Positions 54,578 to 64,000 of a stretch of DNA of 64,000 nt are shown here, piece by piece; the stretch's first letter is position 1; every line of letters begins with the position of its first letter. The stretch lies in IMG/VR virus record IMGVR_UViG_3300024262_000013, one strand, 5' to 3'. The stretch is from a virus (Duplodnaviria > Caudoviricetes). The notes under the pieces were generated by a model. The model was not told the origin of the DNA and searched no databases. It saw nothing but the letters and a program-made list of their open reading frames with translations. Made by a program: the position numbers and the translations under genes.

Positions 54578-56509
54578 ATGAAATTTAGCACACTACTAAA
54601 CGAAGGTAAGAAAGAAAACCTTATTTTAAAGTACGGTAACGAACTTATATTCGATAATAATGACTTTATATCTACTATCGTTGATAGTGACCCCTCAAGT
54701 ACTAAGAAGTATTCTGAGTGGACTATTAATCAAGTAATAGAATTCATGAAAGTTAATGACGGAGCATCACTTCCTGATGTTATAACTCAAATAACTGACT
54801 TAATAAAAACTTTTAATGATATCTCACAATCAATAACTGATGAGGATATTACATTCGCTAAAAAATTACATTCAGGTATTGATGATATATACATTAAAGG
54901 TGGTCCAAGAGATATTCATCGATATAAGTCTTATTGGGAACTTCAAACCTTATTATCGGCAATAGATAAAAGAAAAAAAGATAAAGAACAGGAAGTTGAA
55001 GCCAAAAAAGATGTCGATAAGATTTATGAGGATAGTCGTTTTTTAATTGTCCAACCTTACTCACATAAGGCATCTTGTTATTACGGTTCAAATACGAAAT
55101 GGTGTACAGCTTCAAAAGATAATGAGGACTACTTTGATAGATATGGAAACGATGGTAGATTAATCTATATTATAGATAAACAATCTAAAGACTCAACATT
55201 CGGTAAGATGGCGATACACATTAATGTAAACGATAATGTATGGATTTATGACCAAAAAGATGAACAAAGAAGTGAGCAGTTTTTATTAGACCGTTTTGAG
55301 CCTATTGCGGAAACTATCAAGAAAGTAATTAAGGGAGATGATGATTATACCATCCTTAAAAAGATTGAGGAAGGAAAATTAACCCCACCAACTCAAAAAT
55401 TAACCGCACCCTACTTTAAAAGAATGGATAAAGAAAACGTTTACTTAACGTTTGACGACACTAGAGAATATATGTCTTTATTTAGTGAGACATTAGAAGA
55501 TTATGAGATTGATGCATACGCTTATGGTGTAGATGCCCCATATGGGTATGAATCTAACCATTATGACCCATACAACTTCATGGAAGACTTAAAAGAGGGT
55601 TACCCTTTATATGACCTTAGTTCTAGTCATTTAAAAAAATTAAAAGAAATATTAAAAATTGCTGGTAGCGATTTAGAAAAAAGCTTTAAGACTACACCAA
55701 ATGTATCTAAAGAAAAATTAATAAAGTTTAAAGAGTTAGGTCAAGATTTAAAAGATTACTACGAATTATATGATTTATCATTAATAGACCAAGATGGTAG
55801 TTTATCGAATATGGGCGAATTTGTAGCTAGCTTTGACGCAAAATTCTTAGAAACTTTTGATGACACATATGGATACGCTAAAAATCAGTCCATGACTGTA
55901 GGGGTGCAAAAAATATTAAAAGAGGAGTTGTGTGAGATATATAAACCAATAGGTATAGAATTAGAATCTGATTGCTTTTATAAGTATTATATTAGTATTA
56001 GTAAATTAATCTCAATGTATGAAGAAAACTTAGAGTACTATAAAGATTTATCGTTAAATGAAATGTTAATAAGTTATGTTGATAGTAATCTAAGTATTAA
56101 TATTGAAGAACCACATAATTTAGCCTATGAGCATCAAGACCAGGAAACATTTGATTACCACTTTAACGATGATATGGATTCAGCGTTTGATAATCTATTG
56201 GAAAGATTACAAAACTCGGACACCTATATTGATTTAAAGGTTTATAAGGAAATTTATAATTTTATCGAAAATAAATATGGTTTTAACAAAGTAGTTCAAG
56301 TTGAACCATTAAATAATGTGGAAAACAACGGTAAATCTAATACTACTATTCGATTTCTTAGAATTAATCCCGAAACTAATAAAATTGATTTTCAATTAAA
56401 CAAATGGGGTACTAGTGGTGGTGCTGGTTTTAAAACCGGTAGCGCTAAACTGTCAACAATTCAAAAATTAATGACGAACTACCAATTATTTGACCCTTTT
56501 GAAGATTAA
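54578..56509 (+). CDS. large hypothetical protein with a PcfJ-like SCYYGSNTKWC motif
   Basis: 643 aa; leader MKFSTLLNE; family by recall only. Confidence 0.55.
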   Translation: MKFSTLLNEGKKENLILKYGNELIFDNNDFISTIVDSDPSSTKKYSEWTINQVIEFMKVNDGASLPDVITQITDLIKTFNDISQSITDEDITFAKKLHSGIDDIYIKGGPRDIHRYKSYWELQTLLSAIDKRKKDKEQEVEAKKDVDKIYEDSRFLIVQPYSHKASCYYGSNTKWCTASKDNEDYFDRYGNDGRLIYIIDKQSKDSTFGKMAIHINVNDNVWIYDQKDEQRSEQFLLDRFEPIAETIKKVIKGDDDYTILKKIEEGKLTPPTQKLTAPYFKRMDKENVYLTFDDTREYMSLFSETLEDYEIDAYAYGVDAPYGYESNHYDPYNFMEDLKEGYPLYDLSSSHLKKLKEILKIAGSDLEKSFKTTPNVSKEKLIKFKELGQDLKDYYELYDLSLIDQDGSLSNMGEFVASFDAKFLETFDDTYGYAKNQSMTVGVQKILKEELCEIYKPIGIELESDCFYKYYISISKLISMYEENLEYYKDLSLNEMLISYVDSNLSINIEEPHNLAYEHQDQETFDYHFNDDMDSAFDNLLERLQNSDTYIDLKVYKEIYNFIENKYGFNKVVQVEPLNNVENNGKSNTTIRFLRINPETNKIDFQLNKWGTSGGAGFKTGSAKLSTIQKLMTNYQLFDPFED

Positions 56510-57586
56510 TCAATAATCTGAAATTAGTTTTTCTCTGATAATTTCATATAAATCAACTAAATCTTTCTTTTCTAAATAAATAATATCCCCAGTGAATTTA
56601 GATTCAATAGTTATACCAAATGAAGAGTTAGTTACACTAACATTTTCCAAATCATAAGATTCATCATCTAATCCATCATCTAATGTTTGGTCCCATTCAC
56701 TATCATCGTCACTATCATCACCAACATTATTCCATGCTAGTGAATCCCAAGTAGGTTTTTCATACTCATAATTAAATTTAATGTAACCTAACTCACCGAC
56801 TAATCGTGTGGCAAAAATTATTGCTCTTTGGACATCATCCACCACAACAAACTCTTCTGGTGTATGCATGTTATAATAACCACATGAGAAGTTAATACAA
56901 CTAAAATCACCTTTACGTTTAATTTGGGAAACATCGGTATAGGGATGTGATTGAGGGTCCGCAGTAATACCCATAACTTCGTTATATAGTGGTAGGGCAA
57001 TATTAATAAAATCACCATCTTTTTCATATAGACGTGTACCTGAGCAAATTTCAGTAATTAAATTATTACCAGGTGCGTCAAATTGTACCGCGTATCCGAC
57101 ATCTTTAAGAAAGTTAATGTCACATTTACTTGAGCCATGACAACCAGTTTCCTCAGATACGAATAACCCTACTTTTACTTTAGGTAATGACCTTAAGAGT
57201 TCTAAAGCGATAAATACCCCACATTTATCATCACCTCCGATACCCGTAGGTTTACCGTCAGTAGTATATCCTTTTAGTGATATAAATTCTTCATCACCAT
57301 AAGAGTGTCCAAATGTATTAGGTTTCACTAATGATTCAGTTTTAACCACAATTTCATCAACTAAAGAGTGTACGGTATCGGTATGTGCAATAAACATTGG
57401 ATAATGCTCACCCTCGTCTAAGGTTCCTTTCGTGGCGTAAACATTATCCATATCGTCAGTATAGTACTCCACATCGGGCATTGATTCCAATACGTCTCGT
57501 AGGTATTGTACCATGTTATCTTCCTGATAAGTTTTTGTCGGTACTGAGAGTACTTCTTTTAGTCGAGTTAGTTGAGTATTATCCAT
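56510..57586 (-). CDS. M20/M28/M42-type zinc peptidase
   Basis: IAHTDTVH, GIGGDDKCG, SEETG, QFD, YYNMH. Confidence 0.85.
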   Translation of the reverse strand: MDNTQLTRLKEVLSVPTKTYQEDNMVQYLRDVLESMPDVEYYTDDMDNVYATKGTLDEGEHYPMFIAHTDTVHSLVDEIVVKTESLVKPNTFGHSYGDEEFISLKGYTTDGKPTGIGGDDKCGVFIALELLRSLPKVKVGLFVSEETGCHGSSKCDINFLKDVGYAVQFDAPGNNLITEICSGTRLYEKDGDFINIALPLYNEVMGITADPQSHPYTDVSQIKRKGDFSCINFSCGYYNMHTPEEFVVVDDVQRAIIFATRLVGELGYIKFNYEYEKPTWDSLAWNNVGDDSDDDSEWDQTLDDGLDDESYDLENVSVTNSSFGITIESKFTGDIIYLEKKDLVDLYEIIREKLISDY

Positions 57587-57649
57587 TTGTTTATTGTTTA
57601 GTATACAAATATAGTGTTTTTTATTTAAGTGGCAATAAAAAAAGGGAGG

Positions 57650-59668
57650 TTAATCCACTTTTTTTATTGTTAATTCATCTTCACTTAACATTTCAATAGT
57701 AAACGGGTTATTTTCAGTAATGGTACCACGAAGCACTTCCTCTGAAATCAAATCTTCAATTTTTTCTTGGATAGCTCTTTTAATTGGACGAGCACCGTAT
57801 TTCTCATCAAAACCTACACTAGAGATATACTCCTTAACTGAGTCACTAATAGTTATGTTATAGTTCATTTCATCTAAACGATTTGTCAATTTTAACAATT
57901 CAATATCAACAATTTGAGAAACTTCTTTTTCTTTTAAAGGGTTGAAAACCACTATCTCATCGACACGATTTAAAAATTCAGGTGTGAAATGATTCTTTAA
58001 TTCTTTTTGTATTAAAACTTTTTTCATTTCTTCATTATTTGACATTCGGTTGTTTGTTTCGAAACCAACACCTGTACCAAAATCCTGAAGTTTTTTAACT
58101 CCTAAGTTAGATGTCATGATAATCAAACAATTTTTAAAGTTTATCTTACGACCAAAACTATCGGTAAGGTGACCATCATCCATCATTTGAAGTAAAAGTG
58201 AAAAGATATCTTTATTAGCCTTTTCAATTTCATCAAACAATACAACAGAATATGGTTTGTTTTTTACCGCTTCAGTTAATTGTCCTCCTTGGTCATGACC
58301 CACATATCCTGGAGGTGAACCAATCAATCTTGACATGGTGTATTTTTCTTGGTACTCAGACATATCCATTCTAATAAGTGCGTCCTCAGCTCCAAAGATT
58401 TCCTTAGCGAGTTGTTTAGCTAAATGAGTTTTACCTACACCTGTAGAACCTAAGAAGATAAAAGAACCAATAGGACGATTAGGGTCTTTAATCCCGACAC
58501 GGTTTCTACGAATTGCCTTTGCAATCTTCTCAACCGCAAATTCTTGACCGATGACCGAGGTATTTAGACTATCTTCAAGATTTAATAATGATTCTTTATC
58601 GTCATTATTTAGTTTACTAACGGGTATTTTAGTCATAGTCGCAACTACACTATACACCATATCTTCAGTAATAGGTTTACGAGTTATATCTTTTTGTTTT
58701 TCAAACTTTTCCTTTTCATCGTCTAACTTTTTCAAAATCTTCTTCTCCTTATCTCTAAGTTCTGCAGCTTTTTCATATTGTTGAGATTTAACTACTTGAA
58801 TTTTCTCTTCTTTAATTGAAGATGCCTGTTCTTTAAGTTTTTCAATTACTTCAGGTAATTTAACATTAATCTGAGCGCTTGCTCCCACCTCATCCATAAT
58901 GTCGATTGCCTTATCAGGAAATTCACGGTCAGTGATATATCGGTCAGCGAGTGTAACACACGCCTTTAACGATTCATCACTATAAGTTACTTTATGGTGA
59001 AATTCATAACGGGATTTAAGGTTCTCAAGTATGATTAAAGTTTCTTTTGGTGTTGCTCCATCAACAATAACTTTTTGAAAACGACGCTCAAGAGCACCAT
59101 CCTTTTCAATATTCTCTCTGTATTCATCAAGAGTTGTTGCTCCAATACATTGGAGTTCTCCTCTTGCTAATGCTGGTTTAAAAATATTGGACGCATCCAA
59201 AGAGCCCGATGAATTACCTGCACCAATAATTGTGTGTATCTCATCAATAAAGACAATAATATCAGGATTTTCGTATAACTCATCTAAAATAACTTTTAAT
59301 CTTTCCTCGAATTGTCCACGATATTTAGTTCCAGCAACTATAGAAGTCATATCTAACGACACTATTCTTTTATCACATAGATTTTGAGGACAATCACCTT
59401 CAAAAATTTTCATAGCTAAACCCTCAACAATGGCAGTTTTACCCGCTCCTGGTTCACCAATAATAATTGGGTTATTTTTCTTTCGTCTTGAAAGTATTTG
59501 AGCAATCCTATTAATTTCATTTTCACGTCCCACTACTGGGTCAAGTTTACCTTGTTCCGCATGTTTAATAAGGTCACGAGAAAAATTATCTAAAACAGGT
59601 GTTTTAGAGTTACTCATTTCTTTAGGGTTTCTTGCCCCTTTATCGTTTGGGTCTACTTCGTCTATCAT
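57650..59668 (-). CDS. clpC: ClpC-type AAA+ ATPase lacking the N-terminal Clp repeat domain
   Basis: GEPGAGKT and GSTGVGKT Walker A motifs; [14 protein letters not shown] motif; [11 protein letters not shown]. Confidence 0.92.
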   Translation of the reverse strand: MIDEVDPNDKGARNPKEMSNSKTPVLDNFSRDLIKHAEQGKLDPVVGRENEINRIAQILSRRKKNNPIIIGEPGAGKTAIVEGLAMKIFEGDCPQNLCDKRIVSLDMTSIVAGTKYRGQFEERLKVILDELYENPDIIVFIDEIHTIIGAGNSSGSLDASNIFKPALARGELQCIGATTLDEYRENIEKDGALERRFQKVIVDGATPKETLIILENLKSRYEFHHKVTYSDESLKACVTLADRYITDREFPDKAIDIMDEVGASAQINVKLPEVIEKLKEQASSIKEEKIQVVKSQQYEKAAELRDKEKKILKKLDDEKEKFEKQKDITRKPITEDMVYSVVATMTKIPVSKLNNDDKESLLNLEDSLNTSVIGQEFAVEKIAKAIRRNRVGIKDPNRPIGSFIFLGSTGVGKTHLAKQLAKEIFGAEDALIRMDMSEYQEKYTMSRLIGSPPGYVGHDQGGQLTEAVKNKPYSVVLFDEIEKANKDIFSLLLQMMDDGHLTDSFGRKINFKNCLIIMTSNLGVKKLQDFGTGVGFETNNRMSNNEEMKKVLIQKELKNHFTPEFLNRVDEIVVFNPLKEKEVSQIVDIELLKLTNRLDEMNYNITISDSVKEYISSVGFDEKYGARPIKRAIQEKIEDLISEEVLRGTITENNPFTIEMLSEDELTIKKVD

Positions 59669-59727
59669 ATTTTTTTTATTAATTAATCGTTACAAATATA
59701 ACAAAAATATCGAATATATCAAATACT

Positions 59728-59771
59728 TGACATTTTGTCATACTAAATTTATTTTAACTGTCATTTTGACA
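59728..59771. promoter_or_regulatory. pair of 13-bp palindromic operator-like boxes between divergent clpC and UVR gene
   Basis: TGACA-TTT-TGTCA (59728-59740) and TGTCA-TTT-TGACA (59759-59771). Confidence 0.55.
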
Positions 59772-59877
59772 TAACATATGACGATACTACGTAAAAAATA
59801 CATATTACTCATACTGGCACGTTTTTTACCATTTGTCTTATACAAAGATAAACAATAAATCAAAAAAAACTAATATT

Positions 59878-60231
59878 ATGTTTGGAAAAAGAAAAATTAA
59901 TGACCTATTTGAAGAATTTGACACATTCTTTAATGATGCGAGACCCATTTATTATAGTGTAGGACCTAATGGTCATACATTCTTCACTAATCGTGAAAAT
60001 AAAAATAATAAAACTACTGACGAGTTAAATGTATTAAAGAAACAATTAGAGGTTTCAATATCACAAGAAGATTTTGAATCGTCAGTTAAATTTAGAGATA
60101 AAATCAAAACTTTAGAAAAGAACGGTAAGAAAATAAAAGAATTAAGAGAAAAATTAGAAATATCTATCACTGAAGAAAATTTTGAGGAATCAATTAAAAT
60201 TAGGGATAACATTAAAGAGTTAATTAAATAA
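59878..60231 (+). CDS. tandem UVR-domain protein (possible ClpC adaptor)
   Basis: Two L..(A/S)I..E(D/N)FE.S.K.RD.IK repeats. Confidence 0.75.
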   Translation: MFGKRKINDLFEEFDTFFNDARPIYYSVGPNGHTFFTNRENKNNKTTDELNVLKKQLEVSISQEDFESSVKFRDKIKTLEKNGKKIKELREKLEISITEENFEESIKIRDNIKELIK

Positions 60232-60236
60232 ATAAT

Positions 60237-60263
60237 AAACCCTCCATTAAAGGAGGGTTTTTT
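60237..60263 (+). terminator. intrinsic terminator
   Basis: AAACCCTCC-ATTAAA-GGAGGGTTT followed by a T-run. Confidence 0.85.
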
Positions 60264-60302
60264 ATTTTAGTAAAATACCTATACTTATTAAAAAAATGTA
60301 TT

Positions 60303-60551
60303 ATGGGAATTAAAAGCGAAAAAATTAAAGGTAAATTAATTATTAATGAGATTGAATCATCTAACCTTAAGAAAACAGTTTACGACACTTCAGACCAAAA
60401 ACTATTAGTTACATTTAAAAATGGTATGGAGTATGAATATGAGAAAGTACCACATTCAATGTATACTAAATTTAGAATGGCAGAATCACAAGGGGGATTC
60501 TTTAATAAAGAGATAGGTAAGAAATACAAATATAAAAAAATAACAAAGTAA
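60303..60551 (+). CDS. KTSC domain protein
   Basis: SSNLKKTVYD...L.VTFKNG..YEY..VP...AESQGGFFN. Confidence 0.85.
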   Translation: MGIKSEKIKGKLIINEIESSNLKKTVYDTSDQKLLVTFKNGMEYEYEKVPHSMYTKFRMAESQGGFFNKEIGKKYKYKKITK

Positions 60552-60572
60552 TAAAACTTACTATTTATATGT

Positions 60573-61316
60573 ATGGATAAGATAATATCTAGTTTTAATG
60601 TTAAGGACGAATTAAATCCAGTAATATGGGAAAACCCTGAAGACCCTTCAAATGCGAAGATGGTTGAGGAAGTTCGTTTACAATTAATTGAAATTGCAAA
60701 TAAATTTATTGAGTTTTTAAACTATGATATTTTTATTCAAGATATTACAATGACAGGTTCATTAGCTAACTATAATTGGTCAGAATTTTCAGATGTAGAT
60801 TTACATGTTATGTATGACTTTAACGAGTCAGGTGACCAAAAAGAAATCTTTCAAGATTTATTTAAACTAAAGAAAACCTTATTCAATTCAACTCATGATA
60901 TAACAGTGAAGGGTTATGAGGTTGAGTTATATGTTCAAGATACTAATGAACCACATATATCTACAGGTGTTTACTCAGTTTTATTTGATGAATGGTTAGT
61001 GGAACCAACTAAAGAAGATATTAACATCAATCAAAAAATTATTAAAGATAAGGTAGAGCAATGGAAAGACATTATAGACTTAGTCATTGATGATGTAGAA
61101 AATTCAGATGAAGATTTAGAGTTATCTTTAGAAAAAATACAAAAAGTAAAAGATAGATTAAAAAAATATAGAGGTTGTGGTCTTGAGAAAGAAGGTGAGT
61201 ATGCGTATGAAAACTTAGTCTTTAAATACTTAAGAAGAAATGGATATATACAAAAATTATTTGAATTTCAAAATAAAATAGTTGATAGGAATCTATCATT
61301 ATCCGAACAAAAATAA
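60573..61316 (+). CDS. Pol-beta-superfamily nucleotidyltransferase
   Basis: TGSLANYNWSEFSDVDLH; VELYVQD. Confidence 0.8.
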   Translation: MDKIISSFNVKDELNPVIWENPEDPSNAKMVEEVRLQLIEIANKFIEFLNYDIFIQDITMTGSLANYNWSEFSDVDLHVMYDFNESGDQKEIFQDLFKLKKTLFNSTHDITVKGYEVELYVQDTNEPHISTGVYSVLFDEWLVEPTKEDININQKIIKDKVEQWKDIIDLVIDDVENSDEDLELSLEKIQKVKDRLKKYRGCGLEKEGEYAYENLVFKYLRRNGYIQKLFEFQNKIVDRNLSLSEQK

Positions 61317-61389
61317 ACTATAATTGTGTCGTAAGATAAGAAAAAATGGAAATTCTTAACTTACGATATATTTATTATAAAAAACTATT

Positions 61390-61548
61390 ATGGCACAAAC
61401 TGGATGTACATCGACACAATACACGATTCCCATAAGTGGGAGCACCTCTTTTACACCAATGCATGCGACATATGTGAACGATAAAAATGAGTCAATAACT
61501 CAATGCACCACTGTTAGATTAGGTGGAATTAATGGGTTATTTAGTTAA
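61390..61548 (+). CDS. small hypothetical protein (52 aa)
   Basis: MAQTGCTSTQY...QCTTVRLGGINGLFS; TATTTAT at 61369. Confidence 0.6.
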   Translation: MAQTGCTSTQYTIPISGSTSFTPMHATYVNDKNESITQCTTVRLGGINGLFS

Positions 61549-61577
61549 AAATTAAAAATTATTAAAAATATAGAGAT

Positions 61578-62795
61578 ATGGCAGATTTAAAACCTCTAGG
61601 TAGTGAAAAATTAGAAGGTCAAGAACAAATTAAAAGAATTCTTGAGATTTCTAACTATGGTTCAAAACCCACTACTTTAAGTGAAAGTAAAAACTCCAAA
61701 GCCGAATATTCAATTCAAATGGCGGATGGAAAGTACTATGGTATTGTTAAAGAAAAATTAGGATACGTAGTAAAGGTTGGTATAAGTGAATCGGAACTCG
61801 ATTACAATGAACCTATGCAAAACCGTAAACATCACAAATCTTTTTCTCAAGCTATGAAAAAAGTAAATCTAATTGCAGGTGAACTTAATAGAATACATGA
61901 GAATACTGAAGGCGTTAACATAATAGGTGAACAAAAGAAATTTGTTCTTAAAACACCTACGCCTGAGGTGGATGTTGACATTAATGTTGATGAACCCACA
62001 TTAGAACCTGAATTAGATTTAGATTTAGATTTAGATGCTGAGATGGGAGCACCATCGAGTGACGATGAATTAGACTTAGACATGGAGTTAGACAGTGAAG
62101 AAGATATCGATTTAGATATTGAAGAACCTACTGATGGTGAAGACGATGATGAAGGTTCATTTAGAATGATTCAGAAATTGACTGGTAAGTTAGGTCAAAA
62201 ACTTAGAACTTATGATAAAAATCAAGGATTATCTTCAGAAGATATTAAGTATGTGTTAAATTCAATCATATCTGCAGTTGAATTAAATAAACTTTCTGAG
62301 GAAGATAAAGAGGATATTTTAGCTAATTTTGAAGAAGACGAAACTGATTATGATATGGAAGGTGAAGTTGATATTGATGTAGAGTCGAATGATGATGATT
62401 TAGATATGGATTTAGATTTAGATTTAGATATGGAAGAACCAATATCTGATGAAGAATTATCTGAAGATGATAGTATGACTTCAATGGTGGATGAAATATT
62501 TGCTGAGTCTAAAATTGATAAAGTATTAGAAAAGTACTTTGTTGTGACTGAAGGTGAGAAAAAAATTACTGATTCAAAAAATATTAAAAAATTCTTAACA
62601 GAAAAAATTAATAATGTTTCAGTTAAGAAAGAAATAAAAAAACTATCCGAAAGTGTAGAACAAGAATTAACTTCAGAGTTTTTAATGAAGGAAAATACTA
62701 ACATTAAATTTTTAGGTAAAACAAATAAAGGAAATTTAGTATTCGAAGCTAACGGTAAACAATTTAAAGTATCTTCTAAAGGTGAATTACTATGA
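61578..62795 (+). CDS. acidic putative prohead core/scaffold-like protein
   Basis: MADLKPLGSEKL; long D/E-rich tracts with LDLDLD repeats. Confidence 0.55.
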   Translation: MADLKPLGSEKLEGQEQIKRILEISNYGSKPTTLSESKNSKAEYSIQMADGKYYGIVKEKLGYVVKVGISESELDYNEPMQNRKHHKSFSQAMKKVNLIAGELNRIHENTEGVNIIGEQKKFVLKTPTPEVDVDINVDEPTLEPELDLDLDLDAEMGAPSSDDELDLDMELDSEEDIDLDIEEPTDGEDDDEGSFRMIQKLTGKLGQKLRTYDKNQGLSSEDIKYVLNSIISAVELNKLSEEDKEDILANFEEDETDYDMEGEVDIDVESNDDDLDMDLDLDLDMEEPISDEELSEDDSMTSMVDEIFAESKIDKVLEKYFVVTEGEKKITDSKNIKKFLTEKINNVSVKKEIKKLSESVEQELTSEFLMKENTNIKFLGKTNKGNLVFEANGKQFKVSSKGELL

Positions 62796-63202
62796 ATTTA
62801 GTTTATGTAAATGAACTAGGTCCTAACTATAAGGGGGATAATATATATGAATTCATATTTTCAGATGTTAAAGAAGTATGGGGAGACGAATGGGATGCAC
62901 AGCCAGCTAATGGTAACCCTTCACCACCCAATATTCAATTTATAAAAAAGGTGGGAGTATTAAAGAATGTGGGTATTGATTTACATTTAATACAAGAATC
63001 GGACTTTTTCGGGGTGTATGATGCTATTGATGGTGTTATATCATTAGCTTGGGAAAACGAAGATAGTGACTCTATTATAAATGATAAATTAAAGAGATTA
63101 GTTTTTAGTTACGGAGAAAGTGTTAAATCTGTGGAAGATAAACTATACGAAAGAGATATCGTATTAAGCTATGAAAAAAGTTTTATTGAGCATGAGCAGT
63201 AA
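62792..63202 (+). CDS. hypothetical phage protein (136 aa)
   Basis: ORF track; ATGA overlap. Confidence 0.75.
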   Translation: MNLVYVNELGPNYKGDNIYEFIFSDVKEVWGDEWDAQPANGNPSPPNIQFIKKVGVLKNVGIDLHLIQESDFFGVYDAIDGVISLAWENEDSDSIINDKLKRLVFSYGESVKSVEDKLYERDIVLSYEKSFIEHEQ

Positions 63203-64000
63203 ATTTAAAATAATGGACTTACTTAAAGAAGGTTTTAAAATAAACACTCTTAAAAAGTTAGATGGAAAACAATTAAGTGTTTTACATAAAAAAATAGTTA
63301 AGGAACAAAACTCAACTTCTGAAAAACCAAAAGAAATTATAAAAGACCTTACAACGGCCAATCAATTAGCACAAAAATTATCTAATGAATTAGGTGAAGA
63401 AGAGTTAAACGAATGGGGTAGTTCAGACCAAAATGTGTTTAATGGTTATATCCATTCCGAATTAGGTGAACCTGAACGAATGCCAAGCCCTTTTAGTCCC
63501 GATTTAGACAATGCTGCTGAAGAAGCGGTAGATAGATACTGGGACGATTGGGAAGAATACCAAACAGATAGACAAGGTTTGATTGATAACGCTAAACGCG
63601 GTTACTTAAGAAGTTATTTTAGAGATAATTTTAATATGTTAGTTAAAATGTTTGAACCGGCAAAGGAAGTTGACCCCTATGATGTGGATATTAATTTAGA
63701 TGATAGTGAACTATCCGAAGATAAAGATGCTGACAATTCTTTAGAAAAAGAGTCAGGATATAATCCTTACGCGGGTAATAGTCCGGGTAATACTGAAGGA
63801 CCAGCCGGAAATAATCCTAGTGATGATAGTGACGGAATGGGTATATTTGAGGAGAATAAGGGTAAAAAGAAAAAAAGTAAGAAAATTGAAACCTCTATTA
63901 TTCGACCCGCATTTTATACTTTAGGTATGTTTGAGGAGGATAATGAATATGCTATCTGTATGGATAGTATACAAGGTAAGTATGGGCCTAAAAAATCATG
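63192..64000 (+). CDS. partial acidic protein running off the window end
   Basis: ATG at 63192 (MSSKFKIMDLLKEG...), frame checked open to 64000. Confidence 0.75.
   Translation, partial: MSSKFKIMDLLKEGFKINTLKKLDGKQLSVLHKKIVKEQNSTSEKPKEIIKDLTTANQLAQKLSNELGEEELNEWGSSDQNVFNGYIHSELGEPERMPSPFSPDLDNAAEEAVDRYWDDWEEYQTDRQGLIDNAKRGYLRSYFRDNFNMLVKMFEPAKEVDPYDVDINLDDSELSEDKDADNSLEKESGYNPYAGNSPGNTEGPAGNNPSDDSDGMGIFEENKGKKKKSKKIETSIIRPAFYTLGMFEEDNEYAICMDSIQGKYGPKKS

Overview
AT-rich (roughly 30% GC by eye), gene-dense 64 kb segment most consistent with a large (jumbo/mega) tailed phage infecting a Bacteroidota host, probably flavobacteria-like; I could not run searches, so this is inferred. Host evidence: many TAnnTTTG (-7) and TTTG (-33) Bacteroidota sigma-A promoters, no Shine-Dalgarno motifs noticed, signal peptides leaving Gln at +1, a T9SS type-B C-terminal domain protein, and ClpP and ClpC genes. 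The window has eight tRNAs (Glu-UUC, fMet, Ile2-CAU, Arg-UCU, Leu-UAA, Ile-UAU, Lys-UUU, His-GUG) and a tmRNA with a 21-aa tag. Auxiliary genes include mgsA, cysC, a SlyD-like PPIase, an acyl-CoA thioesterase, 2OG-Fe(II) oxygenases and GT17/GT25 glycosyltransferases. There are cell-wall enzymes (amidase, GH73) and many acidic, probably head-packaged proteins preceded by a second motif, TATTTAT. The best candidate for an undescribed system is an apparent ribosome-mediated attenuator (25073-25272) in front of the tRNA operon: a 26-codon leader with the run AUA-AUA-UUA-AGA, a candidate antiterminator and a GNRA-capped terminator. It would switch on phage tRNAs when the matching host tRNAs run short. 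Other leads are a ~780 bp highly structured non-coding region (9434-10217), a rare tRNA-Ile(UAU) alongside Ile2, a phage-encoded T9SS cargo protein and an unannotated metallothionein-like peptide. Standard genetic code; no CRISPR array, integrase or capsid/terminase gene recognised in this window.
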